The notes below the pieces were generated by a model. The model was not told where the DNA came from and made no database searches. It worked only from the letters and a program-made list of their open reading frames with translations. This document shows positions 56,274-63,868 of a stretch of DNA of 63,868 nt, in pieces. How positions within the stretch are numbered: the first letter of the stretch is position 1; each line of letters begins with the position of its first letter. The DNA is from Bacteroidales bacterium. GTDB taxonomy: Bacteria > Bacteroidota > Bacteroidia > Bacteroidales > PUMT01. The position numbers and the translations under genes are program-made. Location of the stretch: positions 1 to 63,868 of the forward strand of contig SLKJ01000006.1 of NCBI GenBank assembly GCA_007134675.1. Direction: 5' to 3'.

Positions 56274-58694
56274 ATGTATAAAAATGCTGAACAAATGACT
56301 GCAAAAATCACATTAATAACAGCTCTGATTTTATCAGCGGGTTTTTTTTCAATTGCACAAACCGAAAATAACGGTGTTATCAGGGGCAGGGTTTTCAATG
56401 CCTCAAATAATGAGCCTGTACCTTTTGCGAATATAGTAATTTGGAACACCTCAATTGGAGCGAGCAGCGATTTTGACGGTAATTTCAGCTTTACCGGCAT
56501 TAAGCCTGGCATGGTCGAGATAAGGGTTTCTGCTATTGGTTTCAGGACTTATATTTCTGGACAGCTGATGGTGACCAATGCCAGGACCCTTTACCTGGAG
56601 GTTCCGATGGAAGAGACAACTGTTGATATTGATGAGGTTGTGGTAAGAGCTTCTCCTTTCAGGATGCGTGAAGAAAGCCCGGTATCGATGAGGAGAATCG
56701 GTGTAGCAGAAATAGAAAAGAGTCCGGGAGGCAACCGCGATATATCCAGGGTTCTGCAATCCTTTCCCGGTGTAGCCTCTACTCCTGCGTTTCGTAACGA
56801 TCTTATTGTAAGGGGAGGCGGACCCAGCGAGAACCGGTTTTACCTTGATGAAGTTGAGATTCCCAACCTTAATCACTTTGCCACTCAGGGGGCCAGTGGG
56901 GGACCTGTGGGGATTATCAACGTAGATTTTTTAAGGGAGGTGGAATTCTATTCGGGCGCATTCCCGGCAAACCGTGGTAATGGCCTCAGCTCGGTTCTGG
57001 ATATGAGACAGGTTGACGGTAATCCCGAACAGCTGCAGTTCAGGGGATCATTGGGTGCCTCTGATCTTGCGCTTACCCTTGATGGCCCGATGACTCCCAA
57101 TACCACCTTTATTTTCTCGGCCAGACGATCTTACCTGCAATTTCTTTTCGATGTGATAGGTCTGCCATTTCTGCCAACATATAATGACTTTCAGTTTAAA
57201 AGCCGGACCCGGATTGATGAGAAGAGGGAATTTTCGATTGTAGGACTGGGTGCAATAGACCAGTTCCGGCTGAACCTCAATGCCAATGAAACTGAGGAGC
57301 AGCAATATATTCTTGATTTCCTGCCTGTAAATGAACAATGGAATTATGCTATCGGTGCTGTTTACAAACGTTTCAGGGAAAACAGTTATGATACCTGGGT
57401 CCTGAGTCGCAACTACCTTAACAACAGCGCTTTTAAATATCGCAATAACGACACTGAAGATATCAGGACCATCGATTATGAATCAGCAGAAATTGAAAAC
57501 AAATTCCGTTTTGAAAATACAAGTAGAAGGTTTTCAAATACCAAGATTACAACCGGACTGGGTTTTGAGTATGCAAAATATACCAACTCAACATTCAATA
57601 CATTATTTATCGGAGGTCAGCCCCAGCTTCTGGACTATGACTCTTTCCTTGACCTGTTCAAATGGAATCTTTTCGGGCAGATCAGCAGGAATTTGTTCAA
57701 CGACAGGTTGGTTCTATCTTTTGGTTTGCGGGCAGATGCAAACAGTTATTCTTCCGGAATGTCAAACCTTCTTGACCAGCTTTCTCCCCGCTTTTCTGCT
57801 TCCTGGGGTATTTCTCCTGATCTGTCGTGGAATTTCAATACAGGAAGGTTCTTTCAGCTTCCTGCCTATACCACTATGGGGTTCAGAAATAATGACGACG
57901 TTCTGGTAAACAGGGAAAACCGCCTGACTTATATTTCTGCAGATCATCTTGTTTCAGGTTTTGAATTCAGACCGGACGAACAGTCAAGCATTTCTGTTGA
58001 GGGCTTTTTAAAGAATTACAGTAATTATCCCTTCAGTGTAGTTGATTCAATTCCGATCGCCAGCAAGGGGGCAGATTTTGGGGTTTTCGGTGATGAAGAG
58101 GTGACCTCAACATCTGAAGGAAGATCATACGGAATGGAGCTGCTTGCCCGTAGCCGCAATTTTTATGATTTCAATATTGTGATGTCCTATACCCTGGTCC
58201 GCAGTGAGTTCAGGAACCTTGACGGGGAATATATCCCGACGGCATGGGACAACAGACACATTTTCAATATTACGGCACAGCGAAGTTTGCCTCGAAACTG
58301 GGATGTAGGCTTTAAATGGAGATTTGTGGGAGGAGCCCCCTATACTCCTTTTGATTTTGAAAAGTCAAGCCTGGTTGCTGCCTGGGATGCACAGAATATG
58401 CCTTATCCCGATTTGCGAAGGTTTAACTTGAGGAGGCTCGGGGCTTTTCACCAGCTTGATATCAGAATAGACAAGCAGTATTTCCTTAATAACTGGTCGC
58501 TTCTTCTTTACCTTGACATCCAGAATGTATATAACTTTAAGTCCGATGAGCCTGACAGGCTGAGTCCCCAAAGGGATGAATCTGGTCTACCCCTGGTTGA
58601 TCCTTCTGATCAGAGTCGCTATCTGATGCAGGTGATACAAAGTGATGGCCAGGGAACCCTACTGCCTACGGTTGGTATAATTGTGGAATTTTAA
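56274..58694 (+). CDS. TonB-dependent receptor-like outer-membrane protein with CarboxypepD_reg N-domain
   Basis: 806 aa. Signal peptide, GVIRGRV...DGNFSF carboxypeptidase-regulatory-like domain, plug-like region, long beta-barrel ending in an aromatic residue (VEF). The probable start is the ATG at 56295. Confidence 0.8.
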   Translation: MYKNAEQMTAKITLITALILSAGFFSIAQTENNGVIRGRVFNASNNEPVPFANIVIWNTSIGASSDFDGNFSFTGIKPGMVEIRVSAIGFRTYISGQLMVTNARTLYLEVPMEETTVDIDEVVVRASPFRMREESPVSMRRIGVAEIEKSPGGNRDISRVLQSFPGVASTPAFRNDLIVRGGGPSENRFYLDEVEIPNLNHFATQGASGGPVGIINVDFLREVEFYSGAFPANRGNGLSSVLDMRQVDGNPEQLQFRGSLGASDLALTLDGPMTPNTTFIFSARRSYLQFLFDVIGLPFLPTYNDFQFKSRTRIDEKREFSIVGLGAIDQFRLNLNANETEEQQYILDFLPVNEQWNYAIGAVYKRFRENSYDTWVLSRNYLNNSAFKYRNNDTEDIRTIDYESAEIENKFRFENTSRRFSNTKITTGLGFEYAKYTNSTFNTLFIGGQPQLLDYDSFLDLFKWNLFGQISRNLFNDRLVLSFGLRADANSYSSGMSNLLDQLSPRFSASWGISPDLSWNFNTGRFFQLPAYTTMGFRNNDDVLVNRENRLTYISADHLVSGFEFRPDEQSSISVEGFLKNYSNYPFSVVDSIPIASKGADFGVFGDEEVTSTSEGRSYGMELLARSRNFYDFNIVMSYTLVRSEFRNLDGEYIPTAWDNRHIFNITAQRSLPRNWDVGFKWRFVGGAPYTPFDFEKSSLVAAWDAQNMPYPDLRRFNLRRLGAFHQLDIRIDKQYFLNNWSLLLYLDIQNVYNFKSDEPDRLSPQRDESGLPLVDPSDQSRYLMQVIQSDGQGTLLPTVGIIVEF

Positions 58695-58754
58695 TAAGGG
58701 CTTATAATCAAAAACTTCAGTATTGGCTTTTCTGTAAAACTAATAACACCAATA

Positions 58755-59537
58755 ATGAGAAAAGGTACAAAAAAGATAAATCAGCACCCCGGGAGGGTAA
58801 TTTACCCTATTATATTTTTAGTCTTCCTTATTATTCCATCCTGTTTTATGTTTCCTCCTGTGCATTTTGAGGAAGAACCTCCACTATACTTCGAAACTAA
58901 TGTTGAGGGGGAGGGACTTTCGCTGGAAATAGAATTCCGCAAGGGCAGATCCCACTATTTCCCTTTAATGGCTCTCTGGATTGAAGATACACTTGGCAAT
59001 TATATACAGACACTCTACGTTGCCGAATCAATTGCCAAAGGTGTTTTCGGCCATGGAGATGCCTCAACCGGCAAGTGGATGCCCGGAGCAATCAGAAGGC
59101 CGGCAGCACTCCCTTACTGGGGGCATCAGCGGGGTATTCAGGCTGAGGACGGACTATACCTTCCATCTCCCTCAAACCCTGTTCCGGATGCCTATACCGG
59201 AGCAACACCCACCCGAAGTTTTGTTCTTAACACAAAAACTGATAATCCGGTGGATATGCCTTTCTATATCTTTTTTGAGGTCAACCAGTCATGGGACTGG
59301 AACGCTTACTGGACCAATGATAAGTTTCCGGGCGATATGGAATACAGAAGCTCCGCACAGCCGGCACTTGTATACAAAACTCTTGTAGCGCCTTATGATT
59401 CAGACGAGGATTACATAATGAAGCCTGTTGGCCGAAGTCACCACTCAGGGGCAACGGGAGAACTTTTTGATGATTTGCACACCCTTACAACAGCCCTCAA
59501 TATTGCCGAAAAAATCATTGTAAGGGTAATAAGGTAA
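58755..59537 (+). CDS. Hypothetical lipoprotein (DUF2271-like segment)
   Basis: 260 aa. Lipobox-like IIPSC. The segment HYFPLMALWIEDTLGNYIQTLYV resembles my recollection of the DUF2271 core. The assignment is tentative. Confidence 0.5.
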   Translation: MRKGTKKINQHPGRVIYPIIFLVFLIIPSCFMFPPVHFEEEPPLYFETNVEGEGLSLEIEFRKGRSHYFPLMALWIEDTLGNYIQTLYVAESIAKGVFGHGDASTGKWMPGAIRRPAALPYWGHQRGIQAEDGLYLPSPSNPVPDAYTGATPTRSFVLNTKTDNPVDMPFYIFFEVNQSWDWNAYWTNDKFPGDMEYRSSAQPALVYKTLVAPYDSDEDYIMKPVGRSHHSGATGELFDDLHTLTTALNIAEKIIVRVIR

Positions 59538-59580
59538 ATTTACGCAGAAAAAAATTGACTTCGTCGATTTTGCATGCAGA
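59531..59580 (+). repeat. Copy B of the conserved ~50-nt intergenic element
   Basis: GAAAAAAATTGACTTCGTCGATTTTGCATGCAGA (59547-59580), 32 of 34 identical to 19128-19161. It starts at the stop codon of the preceding gene. Confidence 0.7.
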
Positions 59581-59715
59581 CCTCTATGTTCTTTAGAAAT
59601 ATAAATGAGTTGCAAAATTCATGTATATTTGTCATGTATTTGATAAAAGATTAGAGGTAGTAAGACAGAAATTGTGCTATTTTGACATGAAGGCGGTTAT
59701 TAGAAGTTGTAAAAG

Positions 59716-60936
59716 ATGGATATTCAGTCAATAAAAAGAAGATTTGGTATTATCGGGAATTCGCCTGTATTAAACCGGGCAATTGAGGTGGCATACAGGG
59801 TTGCACCTACAGATCTTTCGGTTCTTATTTTAGGAGAAAGCGGTGCTGGTAAAGAGGTTTTTCCACAGATAATACATCAATACAGTGCAAGGAAGCACGG
59901 TCCATATATTGCCGTGAATTGCGGTGCCATTCCCGAAGGTACTATAGACTCTGAGCTTTTCGGACATGAAAAAGGTTCATTTACAGGGGCGCATGAAAAG
60001 AGAAGCGGATATTTTGAAGTTGCCGATAATGGCTCAATATTTCTTGATGAGGTCTCCGAACTTCCTCTCTCCACTCAGGTACGCTTACTTAGGGTATTGG
60101 AAACCGGAGAGTTCCTGAAGGTGGGCTCTTCGAAAGTTCTGAAGACAAATGTGAGGATAATTGCTGCAACAAATGTGGATATAATTAAGCTGCTTGGAAA
60201 AGGTAAATTCAGGGAAGACCTTTATTACCGTCTCAATACAGTTCCTGTCTATATTCCACCCTTGCGTGACAGGAAAGAGGATATACTGATATTGTTCAGG
60301 AAGTTTTCAATGGATTTTGCCGAACGTTATCGTATGCCGGAGATAATTCTTGATGAAGAGGCCAGGCAGATGCTTATTCAATATAGCTGGCCCGGTAATA
60401 TAAGACAATTGAAGAATATTACTGAACAGATATCCATAATAGAAAAAAACAGGGAAATAGATGCCGGTGTGCTCAGAAAATACCTGCCTGACTACTCTGA
60501 AGAAAAACTGCCGGCTCTTATAAATTCCGCCTTTGATAAATCCTTTGCTTCAGAGAGGGAGATCCTTTACAAGATACTCTTCGATATGAAAAGCGACATA
60601 ACCGACTTGAAAAAACTTGTTCATGAAATCATTGAGAAGAGTCCGCATGACATAAATATTGAAAGTGATCACCTGATGGATAAACTCTACTCCAGTGACG
60701 AAGCTGCATATGATAAGGTAGCATCGAGACTACCTGACCTTAAAAGAGATAATTCCTCCCATATTGAGGATACTGAGGAAATAATTGAGGAATCATTATC
60801 GTTACAAGACAAGGAGATGGAACTTATCAGGAAGGCCCTGGAAAAATATGGTGGCAGAAGAAAGATGGCAGCCAGTGAACTTGGCATTTCTGAACGTACA
60901 CTCTACAGGAAGATCAAACAGTACAATATTGATTGA
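59716..60936 (+). CDS. Sigma-54-dependent transcriptional activator (AAA+ plus Fis-type HTH, no N-terminal sensory domain)
   Basis: 406 aa. The protein begins directly at the AAA+ module (GESGAGKE Walker A, GAFTGA-like GSFTGA loop, FLDEV Walker B). C-terminal HTH ELGISERTLYRKIK. Confidence 0.88.
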   Translation: MDIQSIKRRFGIIGNSPVLNRAIEVAYRVAPTDLSVLILGESGAGKEVFPQIIHQYSARKHGPYIAVNCGAIPEGTIDSELFGHEKGSFTGAHEKRSGYFEVADNGSIFLDEVSELPLSTQVRLLRVLETGEFLKVGSSKVLKTNVRIIAATNVDIIKLLGKGKFREDLYYRLNTVPVYIPPLRDRKEDILILFRKFSMDFAERYRMPEIILDEEARQMLIQYSWPGNIRQLKNITEQISIIEKNREIDAGVLRKYLPDYSEEKLPALINSAFDKSFASEREILYKILFDMKSDITDLKKLVHEIIEKSPHDINIESDHLMDKLYSSDEAAYDKVASRLPDLKRDNSSHIEDTEEIIEESLSLQDKEMELIRKALEKYGGRRKMAASELGISERTLYRKIKQYNID

Positions 60937-60939
60937 GAG

Positions 60940-61443
60940 ATGAGAGGATTATTATGCCTGTTAACAACTGCTTTGTTTTTTGTTCAGGGTTGTACTATGA
61001 ACTATTCATTTACTGGTGCATCAATACCGCCGCAACTTGAAACAGTTTCTGTACAGTACTTTGATAACCGTGCTGCCGTTATCTATCCTTCGCTTAGTCA
61101 GGATCTTACAGATGCTTTGAAGGATATGTTTCAGTCACGCACCAGGCTTAGGCTTGTTAATGAACCCGGCGATGCCGATTTTGAGGGGGTGATAGAACAG
61201 TACCGCACACAACCTGTTGCTGTGAGGGCTGATGAACAGGCAAGTCTTGAGAGGCTTACAATAAGCGTGAGAGTATCATATACCAATACGGCTGATCCCG
61301 AATTGGATTTTGAAACAACCATTTCAAGGCATGAGGATTATGACGCAAGACTTGGCCTGGAAACTGTTGAGGCAGATCTTGTAAAGAAGATCATCGACCA
61401 GATTGCAGAAGATATTTTTAATCGTGCCTTTGTTAACTGGTAA
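60940..61443 (+). CDS. lptE: LptE-family lipoprotein
   Basis: 167 aa. Lipobox FVQGC, then YSFTGASIP. Size and position (between the sigma-54 activator and secG) match Bacteroidota LptE-like proteins as I recall them. Confidence 0.65.
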   Translation: MRGLLCLLTTALFFVQGCTMNYSFTGASIPPQLETVSVQYFDNRAAVIYPSLSQDLTDALKDMFQSRTRLRLVNEPGDADFEGVIEQYRTQPVAVRADEQASLERLTISVRVSYTNTADPELDFETTISRHEDYDARLGLETVEADLVKKIIDQIAEDIFNRAFVNW

Positions 61444-61479
61444 TGAATTAATTTACGGGGTAGACAAAAATTTTTGATT

Positions 61480-62784
61480 ATGAACAGGGATAAATTTGTA
61501 AAATACCTTGATGACCCTGAATCACTTGACGCAGAAAGCCTTGATAAGATAAAGGATGTTCTGCATGAGTACCCCTATTTTCATACAGCACATATATTGC
61601 TTGTGAAGAATCTGAACAATCTTCGTGATATGAGGTTCAGTAATCAGTTGAAATTCTCGGCCGCCCATATAGGAAACAGGCATATACTTTTCAACCTTAT
61701 ACATCAGCATCAGTTTACAGTCAATCCCGAAATGTCAGTCCCAGATACTGTTGGAGTCTCCGTAAAACCCCGGGACAGTGCAGGTGCAGTTGAGGATAAA
61801 CAAGACACCGAAAATGAAAAAGATAATACAGTCGGACCTGATATAAGCGTTGAATCAGATAAACCTTTTGAATCAGATACATCCGTTGATCCTGATGTCA
61901 AAGCAGGTACAGACAGAGATAATGATGAAAAGGCAGCCAATCAGGAAGAAAGTCTTGCCGACAAGGTGCTCAGGGAAATTGAAGAACTGAAAAGCAGGAA
62001 TGAGACCGATACGGAAACAGCAAGTGATCATTATGATCAGAAAAAACCAAAAGGACAGCCGAATGCTCCTTTCCAGCCAGAAGAGGAACCTGCCGGAAAG
62101 GTCCAGGGGGAGATTGCTGAGATTAAGCCTGATTTTAAAGGAGTGACATGGAATACGGAGGAATCTGCATCTGATGATACCGGATCTGACGTGTTGCATA
62201 TTGATGACAAAACTGAAACTTTCAGTGGCACAGAGGATGATTCTGATAGAGGGACGGTGCAGAATGAAAATATATCAGATGATAAATCTGATGCTGAGCT
62301 TCTTGAACTTGACAAGTCTGCTGCTTCACATGGAACTGATCAGGAGGAGCAGGATCCGGATGACCCAGACGGAGATGAAAAAAAAAACCTGAGACCTCTT
62401 GAAAACCATAAAGGAGAAGCACATTCCTTTTTCCAGTGGCTTGATGTGTTTCAGCCTTATTCAGGTCATGCTGATCAGGCAACTGGAAGAGGGGAAGATC
62501 ATGATGAACATAGTGTGGACCTGATTGACAGGTTTTTAAAGGATAAGCCTCGTATTGAACCCCGTTCTCCTCTTGATGATGATAATCCCCCAAAGGATAT
62601 GTCAGAAAGAAGTTCCGGTGAAAACGAGGAGTTTTTCACTGAAACACTTGCCAGGATCTATGTTCAGCAGAAGCACTACAGGAAGGCTATTTATGCTTAT
62701 GAAAAATTATGTTTGAAATATCCTGAAAAATATAGTTACTTTGCAGATCAGATTGATGAGATCAAACGTTTTATCAATCAATGA
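61480..62784 (+). CDS. Hypothetical acidic protein with a TPR-like C-terminus
   Basis: 434 aa from the ATG at 61480. Ordered N-terminal (about 90 aa) and C-terminal (about 60 aa, YRKAIYAYEKLCLKYPEK) ends flank a D/E/S/T-rich low-complexity centre. Confidence 0.6.
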   Translation: MNRDKFVKYLDDPESLDAESLDKIKDVLHEYPYFHTAHILLVKNLNNLRDMRFSNQLKFSAAHIGNRHILFNLIHQHQFTVNPEMSVPDTVGVSVKPRDSAGAVEDKQDTENEKDNTVGPDISVESDKPFESDTSVDPDVKAGTDRDNDEKAANQEESLADKVLREIEELKSRNETDTETASDHYDQKKPKGQPNAPFQPEEEPAGKVQGEIAEIKPDFKGVTWNTEESASDDTGSDVLHIDDKTETFSGTEDDSDRGTVQNENISDDKSDAELLELDKSAASHGTDQEEQDPDDPDGDEKKNLRPLENHKGEAHSFFQWLDVFQPYSGHADQATGRGEDHDEHSVDLIDRFLKDKPRIEPRSPLDDDNPPKDMSERSSGENEEFFTETLARIYVQQKHYRKAIYAYEKLCLKYPEKYSYFADQIDEIKRFINQ

Positions 62785-62819
62785 ATTTTTTATTTGTTAT
62801 AAAATTATAATTAAAAGAT

Positions 62820-63188
62820 ATGTTTACATTATTTTCAGTCTTGATCTTTATTGCAGCAGTGCTGTTGGTTTTAATTGTGCTGGTGCAGAATTCCAAGGGG
62901 GGCGGATTGGCAGCCAACTTTTCTGCCTCCAATCAGGTAATGGGTGTCAGAAAAACTGCTGATTTTCTTGAGAAGGCAACATGGACTCTTGCAGGAAGTC
63001 TTGTTTTCCTCAGCATATTGGCCACTGCAACTATTCCCCGTGGAGAGATTGAAGCAGAGCGTTCCATATTGGAAGACCAGATAGAGGAGACAATCGATCC
63101 TTCAGCTTTGCCTTCATTCCCGACATCAATCCCGGACTTGCCCTCTGACATTGAAGCTTCACCGGAGGATGATGAAGATGGAGATTAA
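62820..63188 (+). CDS. secG: Preprotein translocase subunit SecG
   Basis: 122 aa. TM1 followed by LVQNSKGGGL, a second TM, and an acidic tail. Confidence 0.85.
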   Translation: MFTLFSVLIFIAAVLLVLIVLVQNSKGGGLAANFSASNQVMGVRKTADFLEKATWTLAGSLVFLSILATATIPRGEIEAERSILEDQIEETIDPSALPSFPTSIPDLPSDIEASPEDDEDGD

Positions 63189-63244
63189 CACTTTTTTTTC
63201 TTTACTTATATGACTGTTTAGGAAAAATTACCAGATCGAACTAC

Positions 63245-63290
63245 AAAAGGAGTGTCAGTATGTCATTTAATGCTGACACTCCTTTTTTTT
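63245..63290 (+). terminator. Rho-independent terminator after secG
   Basis: AAAAGGAGTGTCAG-(14 nt)-CTGACACTCCTTTT followed by a T8 run. Confidence 0.75.
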
Positions 63291-63509
63291 CTGACAAAAC
63301 CGGAGAATATTTTGCAATGATAATTAAATGAAGGGTTTATGACCTGTATTGTCTGTCTGGTACTTGTTAATTAACTGTCATCTTACCGGTAAGTATGCCA
63401 TTTTTAACCCCCTAATTGTCCATATATAGCCATCTTTGTCTTTTGGCATAAATTATGTTCAAAGGAAGCAAAATTTATTAATTATGTTTAACCCATAAAA
63501 TTTGAAAAA

Positions 63510-63791
63510 ATGGCTGATATTAAGCTGATACCATTGAAAGACAGAGTGCTTGTCGAGCCCCATGAAGCAGAAGTTACAACAACTAGCGGGATAATAATAC
63601 CTGAATCTGCACAGGAAAAACCACAAAAAGGAACTATAGTAGCCGTTGGCGAAGGAAAAAAGGATGAACCACTTACCGTTAAAGTGGGTGATGTCGTACT
63701 TTATGGAAAGTATGCAGGAACTGAGATTAAATTTGAGGGTAAGGATTACCTGATCATGCGCGAGGATGATATCTTACTTATCGAAAAGTAA
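63510..63791 (+). CDS. groES: Co-chaperonin GroES
   Basis: 93 aa. KPLKDRVLV..., mobile-loop [15 protein letters not shown]. Confidence 0.95.
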   Translation: MADIKLIPLKDRVLVEPHEAEVTTTSGIIIPESAQEKPQKGTIVAVGEGKKDEPLTVKVGDVVLYGKYAGTEIKFEGKDYLIMREDDILLIEK

Positions 63792-63833
63792 TTTTTCAAT
63801 TTAATTATTAAACCAAATAAAAATTATAATAAA

Positions 63834-63868
63834 ATGTCAAAAGAGATTAAATTCAATATTGAAGCCAG
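63834..63868 (+). CDS. groEL: Chaperonin GroEL (5' fragment, runs off the window)
   Basis: The ATG at 63834 opens MSKEIKFNIEA(R), a typical GroEL N-terminus, 43 nt after the groES stop. Confidence 0.85.
   Translation, partial: MSKEIKFNIEA

Noticed and set aside
63441-63460. Sigma-54-like -24 element TGGCAT-aaatt-ATGTT upstream of groES; also the TGGCAC/GGGCAC words at about 24704 and 24745
   Set aside because: The -12 TTGC element is missing or mis-spaced in every case, so none fits TGGCAC-N5-TTGC.
1-63868. Looked for CRISPR arrays, IS elements/transposases, integrases, rRNA genes, restriction-modification, toxin-antitoxin or other defence genes
   Set aside because: No regularly spaced direct repeats, no transposase or integrase-like ORFs, and no defence-associated domains were seen in any of the translated ORFs.

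Overview
This 63.9-kb window looks like core chromosome of a Bacteroidota bacterium. Lineage markers are the T9SS translocon SprA, a fused LpxC/FabZ, a GSCFA protein, an ExbB-x-ExbD-ExbD cluster and TTG/TAnnTTTG-type promoter boxes. I call about 55 CDS and 2 tRNAs, almost all housekeeping. In order they are:
- tRNA-Arg, then exbB-hyp-exbD-exbD (minus strand) and tRNA-Ser
- gdhA-tatD-ansA, dprA, a second glutamate dehydrogenase, and proline dehydrogenase with a small membrane protein
- ruvA-sprA-gcvH and rimP-nusA-infB
- HD hydrolase-lpxD-lpxC/fabZ-lpxA, then thiL
- sufB-C-D-S-E-sufT
- an MccA/MccB-like transsulfuration pair
- a CPC-type P-type metal ATPase
- a complete phosphate locus: pstS-C-A-B-phoU, response regulator and histidine kinase
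- an S9 peptidase, and a CE15-like esterase coupled to an unknown polytopic membrane protein
- queG, yjbQ and a GSCFA protein
- a TonB-dependent-receptor-like protein plus a lipoprotein
- a sigma-54 activator-lptE-acidic protein-secG cluster, then groES and the first codons of groEL

I found no transposase, integrase, CRISPR array, rRNA or recognisable defence gene, and no convincing multi-gene novel system. The best leads are modest:
- a roughly 50-nt intergenic element present in two near-identical copies about 40 kb apart (19.1 kb and 59.5 kb)
- a translationally coupled pair of an unknown membrane protein and a CE15 esterase
- a terminator-like leader in front of the transsulfuration operon
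- an orphan structured 293-nt spacer beside a fossil tRNA-Arg 3'-half duplication
- a four-unit Pho-box array

All product calls rest on motif recognition in the supplied translations. No database search was run.
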